Below are positions 37,854 to 47,568 of a stretch of DNA of 64,000 nt, in pieces. The notes under the pieces were generated by a model. The model was not told where the DNA came from, did no database searches, and saw nothing but the letters and a program-made list of their open reading frames with translations. The stretch lies in IMG/VR virus record IMGVR_UViG_3300028283_000001; one strand, written 5' to 3'. Position 1 is the first letter of the stretch. Every line of letters starts with the position of its first letter. The stretch comes from an uncultured virus (IMG/VR IMGVR_UViG_3300028283_000001) (taxonomy: Duplodnaviria; Heunggongvirae; Uroviricota; Caudoviricetes). Both the position numbers and the translations under genes were made by a program.

Positions 37854-39240
37854 TGAAAACCGTGGTTTAAAATGTTCTAATGAACATTATAGTTCTCCTC
37901 GCATTAGTTCTGAAATTGGTGATTGTTCAATGCCCCTTACATTTGATCATTACAATTGGTGTTCGTTGCAATGCCAATATTGTTTTGCATACTTCTTTAA
38001 ATCCAATAATCCGGCAATAACAAAACTTACCTTGAAAGCTGTTGATGAAAAAGCATTGATCAATACGATATCCGGAAAAGCAAAAAGCAAACGTGAGAAG
38101 GAAATGTACGAGGTGTTTTACAAGAAGAAATTCCTTTTGCACTGGGGCGGGTTGGCGGATCCTTTTTGCAATTTTGAAAAGGCTAATCGTGTTGGATATA
38201 CGTTGATGTCGGCTTTGGGTGAAATGAATTACCCTACATTGTTTTCTTTCAAAGGGGCAACGATATTTGAAGAGGATTATCTTGCTCTTTTCCAAAAGTA
38301 TTCTGCGCAAAAGAATTTTGCTTTTCAGGCCAGTATAATCACGGCAGATGAAAAACTTGCAAAGAAAGCGGAGATTGGGGTTCCTTCCCCAACCCGTAGG
38401 CTGGAAGCACTCAAGACGTTGTCTGACATGGGCTATTGGACAATATTGAGGCTCCGCCCGTTTATCATTGGGGTGAGCGATAGCCATTTGGATGAGCTGT
38501 TGGGTCGTGCACTGGAGGCCGGGATTAAAGGTGTTTCTATGGAGTTCTTTGCAATGGATGCTCGGGTTTCAGAAGGGATGAGGTTGCGGTATGAATGGTT
38601 GGCTGGCATCATTGGAGTACAGGGTGGTGCAGACGGATTAATGGATTATTTCAAAAAACTATCTCCTTCTGAACGAGGAGGATATCGGCGGTTGAATCGT
38701 TTAGTTAAAGAAGTTTATGTTCGTAAGGTGTATGAGTTTTGTTTAAAGAATGATTTGGTGTTTGGTTGTTCAGACCCTGATTTTAAGGAATTGAACATGT
38801 CAGGATCATGTTGTGCAATGCCAGACAACCATCCCGGCAATCGGCTATTGGAAAACTGGAGTCGTCATCAATTGACTTACGCCTTAAAAGAAGCCCGTTT
38901 AAATTATCACCGAAACGGAGTAAAGCAAAAAGTAACTTTTGCGGGGGTTTACGGTGGGCCTGAAGTGTTGGCTGCTGGATATTTGGATAGTAAGGGTTTA
39001 TCTCAAGATCACGTGGCAGTAGTGGGCCAATGCAATGCGGTTCGCCAGAATCTTACTCATCGTATAATTCTTCAACGTCAATGGAATAATTTAAGATCAC
39101 CTGCTAATCCACGTAATTATCTTCATGGCAAGCTGATGCCAACAGGAATTGATTCGGAAGGGAATCTTGAATATATTTATTCGCCAATGGAGTATGAGCG
39201 CCGTTGGATAAAAGAGGGTGTTGATCTTTCAATACGATGA
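37780..39240 (+). CDS. Radical SAM enzyme (spore photoproduct lyase-like)
   Basis: CSLQCQYC (CxxxCxxC), GGLADPF, E.GVPSPTRRLEAL, LRLRPFI. Confidence 0.88.
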   Translation: MTQEQEQCISLLEKQLIKDGQKWVNENRGLKCSNEHYSSPRISSEIGDCSMPLTFDHYNWCSLQCQYCFAYFFKSNNPAITKLTLKAVDEKALINTISGKAKSKREKEMYEVFYKKKFLLHWGGLADPFCNFEKANRVGYTLMSALGEMNYPTLFSFKGATIFEEDYLALFQKYSAQKNFAFQASIITADEKLAKKAEIGVPSPTRRLEALKTLSDMGYWTILRLRPFIIGVSDSHLDELLGRALEAGIKGVSMEFFAMDARVSEGMRLRYEWLAGIIGVQGGADGLMDYFKKLSPSERGGYRRLNRLVKEVYVRKVYEFCLKNDLVFGCSDPDFKELNMSGSCCAMPDNHPGNRLLENWSRHQLTYALKEARLNYHRNGVKQKVTFAGVYGGPEVLAAGYLDSKGLSQDHVAVVGQCNAVRQNLTHRIILQRQWNNLRSPANPRNYLHGKLMPTGIDSEGNLEYIYSPMEYERRWIKEGVDLSIR

Positions 39241-39252
39241 GCGGAGGATAAG

Positions 39253-39798
39253 ATGAAAAGAAAAATTATTGCGATTGGTGGGGTTCCTGGAAGCGGGAAA
39301 ACAACTTTGGTTAAAAATTTTATGGAGGGTTACAGTTGGGTTGAATGTAAACCTTCTAAATTGATTGTTTCAATGTATAATAAAGATAATGATCTTCATA
39401 TTTTTGGGTCTTATAAAGATGAAGAAATTTATGCTGGAACAGACCGGTTATCAATGGCGGTTCAACCGGAAATTAAAAAATGGATAACAAACGAAAGTTT
39501 TAATTTTATTTTTGAGGGTGATCGTCTTTTTAATTCTACTTTTTTAGAATTTTTAAAAACATTAAATTGTGATCTTTATATTGTTTTTTTAAAATGTAAA
39601 GATGAAGTTTTAAAAAGACGATATTCTCAAAGGGGGTCTAACCAATCATCTACATTTTTGAAAGGCAGGTGGACAAAGCAGCGTAAATTAAAATTTAATT
39701 TTAAATTAATGATGGATACTTTTAATTTTGAAAATGAAACTGTTGATGATCAATTTAAAATTTTAGATTTTTTAAAAACAAAAATGGAGTTAAAGTGA
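39253..39798 (+). CDS. P-loop nucleotide kinase of the type linked to phage base modification
   Basis: IAIGGVPGSGKTT, G.Y...E.YAGTDRLSMAVQP, FEGDRLFN, RGSNQS.TFLKGR. Confidence 0.75.
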   Translation: MKRKIIAIGGVPGSGKTTLVKNFMEGYSWVECKPSKLIVSMYNKDNDLHIFGSYKDEEIYAGTDRLSMAVQPEIKKWITNESFNFIFEGDRLFNSTFLEFLKTLNCDLYIVFLKCKDEVLKRRYSQRGSNQSSTFLKGRWTKQRKLKFNFKLMMDTFNFENETVDDQFKILDFLKTKMELK

Positions 39799-42632
39799 TG
39801 TTTGTTAATCTTCATAATCATGACGAGTTTAGCCAACTTGATGGGTTTGGGTCTGCAAAGGCTTATGCGGAAAGAGCAAAGTTTTTTAACCAAACGGCGC
39901 TTGCTTCAACGAATCATGGAAATGTTGATGGTTTAATTAAACATCAGAAAGCCTGTTTAGCCGTTGGGATAAAGCCGATTCTTGGATGCGAGCTTTATGT
40001 TGTTCCTAACCCTATTGTTAAGGAAAAAGGGGAACACCGGGGGCACATGGTAGTTCTTGTTCGTAATGAGGCCGGGTGGCAAGGGTTGTGCGCTCTTTTG
40101 TCTCGGGCAAATATAGAAGGTTTTTATAATCGCCCTCGGGTTGGGTTTGATTGGTTTGAAGAATTACCTCCTGAACAACTTCATGGCATGGTGATATTAA
40201 CGGGTTGCATCGCGTCATTTATTTGGTTGCCTGGTGGTGAGGATTTATTTCGATGGCTGGCACTATCAGCATATATTTATTTGGAAGTGATGCCATGGCC
40301 GTCTAAAGATCAGGTGGAATGGAACATGCGGTGCGTGCGGTTGGCTCAAGAAACGGGGGTTAATCTTGTTGCCACGAATGATACGCATTATGTGTTGCCT
40401 GAGGATTCAAAGGCGCAAGAGGTGTTGTTGGCTATTCAGCGGAAAGTAAAATGGGATGACCCTACCCGATTTAAATTTGATTATGAAGGGTTGCATTTAA
40501 GATCGGAACGTGAAATGATGAGGGCATTTTATAAACATGGTTCTTTATTGGAACCCGCTTATAGGGCTGCTATTGAAAGGACGGTTGAGGTGGCTGATTT
40601 ATGTAATTTTATTATACCTAAAATGAAAATGAATTTACCTGGATCCAATATTGATCAGGAAGCGCAAATTGGGGATATGGTTTCCTTTGGATTGCGTAAG
40701 CGATTTAACGGGGGGGCTGGCTTATCTCAAGAATATTCTGATCGGATTGCGGAAGAAATGTTATTGATCCGTGAAAAGAAATTTAATTCATATTTTATTA
40801 TTGTAGCTGATTTTTGTGATTGGTGTCGCAAAAATGGTATTACTGTTGGCCCCGGTAGAGGTAGTGTTGGTGGGTCGTTGATTGCTTATTTGCTTGGAAT
40901 TACGGATGTTGATCCAATAAAATATGGGCTGCTATTTAGCCGATTTATTTCGCCAGATAGAAATGATTATCCTGATATTGATTTAGATATTGACGCGCTT
41001 CGTATTGGAGAAGCTCGTCAATATCTTGAGGATAAGTATGGGAGAAATAATGTGGCTGGAATTAGTACATTTACGAGGATGAAGGCTCGGGGGGTAATAC
41101 GGGATGTTGCTCGGGTATTTGATGTACCTTTGAAGGAGGTGGATGAATTTGCAAAGAGTATTTCGCAGGAAAAAAGTGATGGCCTTATTAAGATGGCCGC
41201 TGAAAGTAAAACGGGGAGGTCGTTTGCCAATAAGTATGGGGCTGTCGTTGAGATGGCGCAAAAGTTGGAGGGACAAGTACGTGGTTCAGGCCAGCATCCA
41301 GCTGCAATAGTTATATCATCTGATTCGTTGTTGGATTCCGGACGGTGCGTGGTTAAAAACATTGATGAAACAAGGGTTATTAATTGGGACATGGAGGACA
41401 GTGAGCATGTGGGGTTGATGAAACTGGATGCGTTGAAACTGGAAACCCTTACAATAATCAAAGAATGTCTTTTGCACATTAGTGATGGAATACCGGAATC
41501 ACTTGATTTAAATACTTTGCCAATGGACGATCAAGAGGTGTTTAACGATTTGTCAAGAGGCGAAACATCTGGGGTGTTTCAGCTTTCTGGTTATGCATGT
41601 AAGAAGATTTGTGTGGAAATGGGTATTGGGAAATTTGATGATATTGTAGCTATTATTGCATTAGCAAGGCCGGGGCCGATGCAATCTGGAATGACGCCGG
41701 ATTACATTCAAAGAAAAAAAACGGGAAGGTGGGAAAAAACACATTGTCAGGAATATAATGATATTGTTAAAAATACTTTTGGGGTTCTTGTTTATCAGGA
41801 ACAAGTAATGCGGGTGTTTACTGATGTGGCTGGAATGACCGCGAGTCTTGCTGACAAGATAAGAAAGGTTATTGGGAAAAAACGGGATGCGGCTGAATTT
41901 GAGCCTTTTCGTGTTCAGTTTATTGAAGGGTGTAAAAAACAAAAAACATTTACGGGACAAGAGGCTGAAGAGTTTTGGCATGGGTTGTTGGAGTGGGCTC
42001 AGTATGGCTTTAATTTATCGCATTCTGTTGAATATGGAATTATTTCTTATAGAACGGCGTGGTTAAAGCATCATTACCCGATGGAATACTTGGCTGCATT
42101 TTTAACTTACGGTACAGAAGATCAAAAAGTTGATTTGCTAAAGGAGGTAAGCCGCAGGGTTGAAATTAAACTTGTTACTCCGAAAATAAAGTATTCAGAT
42201 GCACACGTATGGAGAATTCATGGAGCACATTTGTATATGCCTTTTAATTCTATAAAAGGCATAGGGGAAAAGGATGCAGAAAAATGTTTGTTGATTAAGC
42301 CTGTTGCGCAAAGCAATGGGGTGTTGGCCGGGTTTTTTAATCTTCCAAAGCCGGAAACAAAAAGAGAATTGTCAAAACTTCAGCAGTTATTGGAAGAAGT
42401 GAAGGCGTTTGATGTGGATGTGGATTCGGCTCCTTTGGATATGGGTAAATATTTTGGTTGTGAGTATGTTGTTAGTTCCGCTTGTGTTGCATTGCAACGT
42501 GGGGGGGAATCATTTATTTCTTATCGTGATAAACGACGCAGGCAGACTGCTGCGGGGCGCTTGGGGGTGGGGGTTGATAACCCTATAGATGAGAGAAAAA
42601 AAGCGGTTATTATTCCAAAGCGTAGAAAATAA
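39795..42632 (+). CDS. dnaE: DNA polymerase III alpha subunit (family C)
   Basis: PHP domain HNHDEFSQLDG/TNHGN/ATNDTHY; GPGRGSVGGS; PDIDLD; KLDAL; GVFQL; RPGP; YQEQVM; YGFNLSH. Confidence 0.97.
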   Translation: MMFVNLHNHDEFSQLDGFGSAKAYAERAKFFNQTALASTNHGNVDGLIKHQKACLAVGIKPILGCELYVVPNPIVKEKGEHRGHMVVLVRNEAGWQGLCALLSRANIEGFYNRPRVGFDWFEELPPEQLHGMVILTGCIASFIWLPGGEDLFRWLALSAYIYLEVMPWPSKDQVEWNMRCVRLAQETGVNLVATNDTHYVLPEDSKAQEVLLAIQRKVKWDDPTRFKFDYEGLHLRSEREMMRAFYKHGSLLEPAYRAAIERTVEVADLCNFIIPKMKMNLPGSNIDQEAQIGDMVSFGLRKRFNGGAGLSQEYSDRIAEEMLLIREKKFNSYFIIVADFCDWCRKNGITVGPGRGSVGGSLIAYLLGITDVDPIKYGLLFSRFISPDRNDYPDIDLDIDALRIGEARQYLEDKYGRNNVAGISTFTRMKARGVIRDVARVFDVPLKEVDEFAKSISQEKSDGLIKMAAESKTGRSFANKYGAVVEMAQKLEGQVRGSGQHPAAIVISSDSLLDSGRCVVKNIDETRVINWDMEDSEHVGLMKLDALKLETLTIIKECLLHISDGIPESLDLNTLPMDDQEVFNDLSRGETSGVFQLSGYACKKICVEMGIGKFDDIVAIIALARPGPMQSGMTPDYIQRKKTGRWEKTHCQEYNDIVKNTFGVLVYQEQVMRVFTDVAGMTASLADKIRKVIGKKRDAAEFEPFRVQFIEGCKKQKTFTGQEAEEFWHGLLEWAQYGFNLSHSVEYGIISYRTAWLKHHYPMEYLAAFLTYGTEDQKVDLLKEVSRRVEIKLVTPKIKYSDAHVWRIHGAHLYMPFNSIKGIGEKDAEKCLLIKPVAQSNGVLAGFFNLPKPETKRELSKLQQLLEEVKAFDVDVDSAPLDMGKYFGCEYVVSSACVALQRGGESFISYRDKRRRQTAAGRLGVGVDNPIDERKKAVIIPKRRK
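42528..42554 (+). repeat. Dispersed element core, copy C (within 3' end of dnaE)
   Basis: GATAAACGACGCAGGCAGACTGCTGCG, identical to copies A and B. Confidence 0.9.
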
Positions 42633-42643
42633 AAAAGGGGGGA

Positions 42644-43558
42644 GTGATGCCATTACACATAGACTATCGGCCAAATGATTTTAAAGATGTTATTGGGAAT
42701 AAAGGAGTAGTGGAAAGCCATAAGGCTATTTTTCAGCGTGAATTTGATTTTCCTCATGCTGTTTTGTATATTGGCCCCAGCGGTTGTGGCAAGACAACTA
42801 TGGCGCGGATATATGCAAAAATGTTGAAATGCGCTGATCGTGATTTGCAGGAAATTAATGCTGCCAATAATCGGGGAATTGATACGGCAAGGCAAATGCA
42901 ATCTTCAATGTCATTTGTTCCTTTTGCTGGTCCGGTTAAAGTTTTTCTTATTGATGAAGTGGGTGCTACGAGTAAGGATTTTCAAAATGCTATGCTTAAA
43001 GCATTGGAGGACGCTCCGAAGCATGTTTATTTTTTGATGGCTACTACCGACCCGCAAAATCTTTTGCCTACTCTTCGTAATCGCTGCGCTACATTTGAAA
43101 TGTCGTTGTTAAACCATAATGAAATTTTTACTTTAATTCAGGGAGTGTTGAAGAAGGAAAATGTTGATGACATTTCGCATGATGTTATAAAGGAAATTGC
43201 GGAAGTTTGTGATGGATGCCCCCGTCAAGCGTTGGTGATTCTTGATCAGGTTATTGATTTGCCTATTGAATCTATGGTATCTGCAATTCAGGATTTACGG
43301 GTTACGGAAAAGACAGTGAAAGATTTTTGTCAAGCCTTATTGAAACGAGCTTCGTGGAAAGAGGTTGCTGGTATTCTTAAAACAATTGACATGACAAATG
43401 CAGAAGGGATTAGACGTAATGTTCTTGGATATATGTGTGCTGTTCTTTTGAATGACGATAACCCTCAAGCGGCTTTGGTTATGGAGTTCTTTAAAGAACC
43501 AACTTATAACAGCGGAAAGGCGGGATTGGTTTGGTCCGCATACAATTCAATTATTTAA
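42644..43558 (+). CDS. Clamp loader AAA+ ATPase (DnaX/RFC-like)
   Basis: YRPNDFKDVIG, GPSGCGKTT, EINAANNRGID, IDEV, NAMLKALED, LRNRC. Confidence 0.92.
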   Translation: MMPLHIDYRPNDFKDVIGNKGVVESHKAIFQREFDFPHAVLYIGPSGCGKTTMARIYAKMLKCADRDLQEINAANNRGIDTARQMQSSMSFVPFAGPVKVFLIDEVGATSKDFQNAMLKALEDAPKHVYFLMATTDPQNLLPTLRNRCATFEMSLLNHNEIFTLIQGVLKKENVDDISHDVIKEIAEVCDGCPRQALVILDQVIDLPIESMVSAIQDLRVTEKTVKDFCQALLKRASWKEVAGILKTIDMTNAEGIRRNVLGYMCAVLLNDDNPQAALVMEFFKEPTYNSGKAGLVWSAYNSII

Positions 43559-43584
43559 GAAACTTGTCTTTAATATTATAATAT
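43554..43584 (+). promoter_or_regulatory. Candidate phage-specific promoter, copy 2
   Basis: TTTAAGAAAC-N8-AATATTATAATAT. Confidence 0.55.
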
Positions 43585-43602
43585 AAATATGGAGGAAAAC
43601 AA

Positions 43603-44115
43603 ATGGATACAAATGAATTGAATAATGATCTTAAAATTGATTTGAATGCTTTGCATACAGAATGGATAAAGCAACCGTCCTTGTACATGAAATATTCATC
43701 CCTGGCTGCGAAAGCACAAGGTGAAAGGGATCGGGCAAAGGAACGTATTGATGTTATTCGTGCTGAATGTGACAATGATATTCGAGAGCATCTTGTTTCC
43801 TACAATTGCCCGGAAGATAAGAGCGGAAATTATAAACCGACTGAAGCGTGGATCAGTTCAACAATTCAGCGACAAGAGAAATTTCAAAAAGTAAATGAGG
43901 AATTTCATTCTGCGAATTATGTTTTGAATCTTTTGCAAGGGGCAGTAAGAGCATTTGACCATCGCAAGAAAGCGTTGGAAATGGAAGTGCAACTTTGGCA
44001 GGGGAATTATTATTCTTCCCCTGTTGATAAAAGCGGGCAAGTTGTTTCCGTAGCGGCCGAAAAAGTCGCTGATAAACAACGGGACACTCTTAGAAGGAGG
44101 AGCCAGGGGGGATAA
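43603..44115 (+). CDS. UvsY-like recombination mediator (putative)
   Basis: L.ID...L..EW.KQP.LY, helical, AFDHRK.ALE; upstream of SSB and RecA. Confidence 0.55.
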   Translation: MDTNELNNDLKIDLNALHTEWIKQPSLYMKYSSLAAKAQGERDRAKERIDVIRAECDNDIREHLVSYNCPEDKSGNYKPTEAWISSTIQRQEKFQKVNEEFHSANYVLNLLQGAVRAFDHRKKALEMEVQLWQGNYYSSPVDKSGQVVSVAAEKVADKQRDTLRRRSQGG

Positions 44116-44241
44116 TGAGCGTTTTTGAATGGGGGGTAGTAATTTGTGGCGGATTTTTTGTTTTTGGATTTTTTGCTAAAGTTTTGGCTCGATTGGTTAG
44201 TAAGGACATAATTAAATATTTATTTAAGAAAGGAAAATGAA

Positions 44242-45399
44242 ATGACACCGGAAGAAAGAAGAGCAAGGTTACGTCAAAGAACTGTGGAATCTGCAACAGA
44301 CCGGGGGCAGCGAGGATTAGGCAAAGGGCTGCGGGTGCCTTTTGATTTGGCGGTGTTGGGGGGCAAAGAGGTTGTGTGGTATGAATTGACCGCTAATCAC
44401 AGAGAATCTAACATGTTTGATATTATCCCGTGGGAAGTGCGCAATCCTGCTTATTCTTCTATGCGGCAGTTTACCGGAAAGGCTAATAACCGGGTCGTTG
44501 GAGATTGGGATTATAAATTGGAAATTTGTATCCATAAAAAGATTGGTGTTTCTCAATCTCCAGTGCTTTGCCTCCGGGAGATGTTTGGCCATAAGTGTGC
44601 CATATGTGATGATATGTTTGATGAATACAAAAAACGGGGGACAAGTGAGTTTAATGAAAAAACTGCAAAAGCATTGCAGCCCCAATGGCGGGTGGTTTAT
44701 GTTGTTTATGATTATCGTGACCAAAAACACGTGGGTTTTAAGTTGTGGGATATTGCTTACAAGTCTTTTGAGGAATATCTTATGACGAAGGCTGAAAATG
44801 ACCCTTCTGGTTTGGTTGTTTTTAGTGATCCGTTTGACGGAAGGATCATCCAGGTTGAAGGCAAGATTAAAAAGATTGGAACCAAGGATTATGTTGAGCC
44901 AGCAGGGCTGACATTTCTTTCTCGTGAAGAACCTTACACTGAAGAGGATGTTACCGGGAATTATCCTTTGGATAAAATGCTGATAATTCCTACCGTTGAA
45001 GAAGTAACTCGGCTTTATTTGGGAATGGATAGTGAAGGGGCCGATCAGGAAGCGGAGCCTTCTATGGTTTCTTCCGGGCGTAGGCGTCAAGCGGCTCAAC
45101 AACCGATAGTGGATGAAATGTGCCCTGCGGGTGGAACTGTAGGAAAAAGTTTGTTTACTTTTTCTGAATGTGACCAAACTTGTCCTGAAAATTTGTTTCA
45201 AAGGTGTTCCCAATTGAATGCTGAATTGGGACCGGGGGAAAAGGGGGATATTAAGGTTGCTCCGGTTGCAGAAATCATTCCCAAGACGACGCCTGTGCCC
45301 CCACAACGGGCGACCCGCCATTCGGGTGGAGCTTCCCCTACGCCACCTTCTGAGGCCAGCTCTGCGACGCTTGGGGGGGCAAGAAGGAGTAGACGATAA
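44242..45399 (+). CDS. Single-stranded DNA-binding protein (gp32-like)
   Basis: H..IG....VLC.....GHKCAICD zinc site, F.DP.DGR; position in the recombination module. Confidence 0.65.
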   Translation: MTPEERRARLRQRTVESATDRGQRGLGKGLRVPFDLAVLGGKEVVWYELTANHRESNMFDIIPWEVRNPAYSSMRQFTGKANNRVVGDWDYKLEICIHKKIGVSQSPVLCLREMFGHKCAICDDMFDEYKKRGTSEFNEKTAKALQPQWRVVYVVYDYRDQKHVGFKLWDIAYKSFEEYLMTKAENDPSGLVVFSDPFDGRIIQVEGKIKKIGTKDYVEPAGLTFLSREEPYTEEDVTGNYPLDKMLIIPTVEEVTRLYLGMDSEGADQEAEPSMVSSGRRRQAAQQPIVDEMCPAGGTVGKSLFTFSECDQTCPENLFQRCSQLNAELGPGEKGDIKVAPVAEIIPKTTPVPPQRATRHSGGASPTPPSEASSATLGGARRSRR

Positions 45400-45587
45400 T
45401 GAAACCGAAATTGACGACCAATGAAGCTATGGTTGTCGCTTGTGATTATGGTTACCCTGTTACTCGGGTAACCATAATCAATTGGGCAAAAAAGCGGGGG
45501 GTGGGCCGTAAGGTTGGCGGCAGATGGTATATAGATAAGGATAAATTGCAAAAAGTGTTGAAAGGGGTTGATGATGGGGGATATTAG
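45399..45587 (+). CDS. Small excisionase/MerR-like HTH protein
   Basis: LTTNEA....VTRVTIINW....GRKVGGRWYID. Confidence 0.7.
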   Translation: MKPKLTTNEAMVVACDYGYPVTRVTIINWAKKRGVGRKVGGRWYIDKDKLQKVLKGVDDGGY

Positions 45588-46701
45588 GCGAAGGTCAGTT
45601 ACGTATATTGTTGCTCAACAGGTGGCGATTCGTTCTGAAGAAAAAGCTGATATTGACAGGGTGGATTTTATTAGCACCGGGTGTACCCTTTTAAATCTTG
45701 CGGCGTCTCAGAAGGGTCGTAAAGGCGGTTGGGCTCGGGGTCGGATTATTAATATTGTTGGTGATAAATCAACTTGTAAAACTCTTTTGACCCTGGAGGC
45801 GTTTGCGCAAGCATTTTATAATATTAAAAAAATTAAGAGCACTTTATGGCCAACCCCTTCCAAAATTAGTCTTGTTTATAACAATGGCGAAGGCGTAATG
45901 GATTTGCCTGTGGAAAGAATGTATGGGCAAAGGTTTGTGGATGCTGTTGAATGGATTCCTGACGGAAATAATGAACGGCAGGGCCCAATGACGTGTGAGG
46001 GGTTTGGGCGTGATTTGTTGGGCCGGATAGATAAGTTGCAAAAAGGGGAAGCTCTTTTTTATGCTATGGATTCTTTAGATTCTTTGATGCCTGAATCTGG
46101 TGTAAATAAAATGGAAAAGTCTATAAAGACGGGTGATGCTTTGGAGGTTGGTTACGGTTCAGGAATGGCGAAGGCGAATTATTTTTCTAATGAGTTTTTT
46201 GGAAATCTTTGTTCTCGAATGGCTGGTAAGGATGTAACTGTTTTTATGATTTCTCAAATCAGGGATATTATAAATGCTCAGTCGTTTGGTGAAAAGAAAA
46301 AGCGCACTGGGGGCAAAGCCCTTGATTTTTATGCTCATCAAGTTCCGTGGTTGGCTCAGGTTGGAAAATTGAAAAATAAGTTTGGTGATGAGTCAAGGGT
46401 TTACGGCACGACAAACAAGGCGTTATTTAAGAAAAATAAATGCGGGATTCCTTTTCGTGAAGCAGAATTTAATATTCTTTTTAATTATGGCATTGATGAC
46501 ATTATGTCGTGCGCTGAGTTTTTAACCCCTGCTGAATTGACGGAGGTTCATGGCGGAAAGAGAATGAGCCGTGAAGAGTTTGTTAAATTGGCTGACGACA
46601 ACAGTGAAATCAAGGAAAAATTAATAAACGCTGTGGAAAAGAAGTGGGCGTTGATTGAGGAAAATACAAGGGTTTGCCGGAATGATAGATGGGGAGGGTA
46701 A
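45568..46701 (+). CDS. recA: RecA/UvsX-like recombinase
   Basis: ISTGC..LN, GG..RGRI..IVG.KSTCKT, MDSLDSL, ISQIRD, GGKALDFYA, KNK...PFREAEF, YGID. Confidence 0.92.
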   Translation: MMMGDIRRRSVTYIVAQQVAIRSEEKADIDRVDFISTGCTLLNLAASQKGRKGGWARGRIINIVGDKSTCKTLLTLEAFAQAFYNIKKIKSTLWPTPSKISLVYNNGEGVMDLPVERMYGQRFVDAVEWIPDGNNERQGPMTCEGFGRDLLGRIDKLQKGEALFYAMDSLDSLMPESGVNKMEKSIKTGDALEVGYGSGMAKANYFSNEFFGNLCSRMAGKDVTVFMISQIRDIINAQSFGEKKKRTGGKALDFYAHQVPWLAQVGKLKNKFGDESRVYGTTNKALFKKNKCGIPFREAEFNILFNYGIDDIMSCAEFLTPAELTEVHGGKRMSREEFVKLADDNSEIKEKLINAVEKKWALIEENTRVCRNDRWGG

Positions 46702-46705
46702 ATAA

Positions 46706-47185
46706 ATGGTATACGTGGGGATAGACCCTGGATTATCTGGGGCCGTTGCTACAATTTATTCGGACGGTACGGTTGATTTGATTGATACTCCAGTAATGAT
46801 GACGACAAAAAAGGGGGGGAAATCAAAAAATGACTATCTTCCGTATCAGATGGCAGCGATGTTGGCAGATAAAGAAAAATGTTTGGTTTTTATCGAGTCT
46901 GTTCATGCGATGCCGGGCCAGGGGTCGACTTCAATGTTTCGATTTGGCTATGGGTGCGGTTTATGGGAGGGTATTATTGCGGCTCTTGGGTTGTCACTTA
47001 CAAAAGTGACTCCACAAGCATGGAAAAAAGAATTAATGAAAGGCATGAAGGATAAAGATGCGGCGCGTATACGGGCGCAAGAATTATTTCCTAATTGCAC
47101 AAAAGAATTATCTCGTAAAAAGGATTGTGGGCGTGCTGACGCATTATTAATTGCGGAATATGGAAGAAGGGTAACAGGAAGGTGA
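46706..47185 (+). CDS. ruvC: RuvC-like Holliday junction resolvase
   Basis: GIDPGLSGA, FIESVHAMPGQG..S.F.FG, VTPQAWKK, ADALLIA. Confidence 0.88.
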   Translation: MVYVGIDPGLSGAVATIYSDGTVDLIDTPVMMTTKKGGKSKNDYLPYQMAAMLADKEKCLVFIESVHAMPGQGSTSMFRFGYGCGLWEGIIAALGLSLTKVTPQAWKKELMKGMKDKDAARIRAQELFPNCTKELSRKKDCGRADALLIAEYGRRVTGR

Positions 47186-47568
47186 AAATTCAAGGGGTAA
47201 GAGCAAAAGGGCAACGGCTTCAAAAGTATGTTTGCGGGATGATATCTGAGCTTTCTGGCATTCCATGGGGAAAAGATTGTTTGATTGGATCAAGAGAATC
47301 AGGAAGAACCGGTGTTGACATTAAGTTAATAGGGGAAGCCCAAAAGGTTTATCCTTTTTCTATTGAATGTAAAAATGCAGAAATATGGTCATTGCCGGCT
47401 GCGATTAAACAAGCCCAGGAGAACCAGAAGTTGGGTACAGATTGGCAGGTTTTTCTTTCTCGCAATAGAGTGAGGCCTGTTGTTGTTATGGATGCAGAAG
47501 TTTGGTTTAAGATTTGGAAAAGAGTTTTAGAAAACTCACCTGAAGAATATAAAAGGAGGAAGAGATGA
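47182..47568 (+). CDS. PD-(D/E)xK nuclease (T5 D14/Hjc-like)
   Basis: KG..LQ, G.DI.L, SIECKN, QAQEN. Confidence 0.75.
   Translation: MKIQGVRAKGQRLQKYVCGMISELSGIPWGKDCLIGSRESGRTGVDIKLIGEAQKVYPFSIECKNAEIWSLPAAIKQAQENQKLGTDWQVFLSRNRVRPVVVMDAEVWFKIWKRVLENSPEEYKRRKR

Noticed and set aside
39795..42632. Intein or intron in dnaE (also checked terL and dnaB)
   Set aside because: Conserved motifs are contiguous; no intein splice-junction or homing endonuclease motifs noticed.
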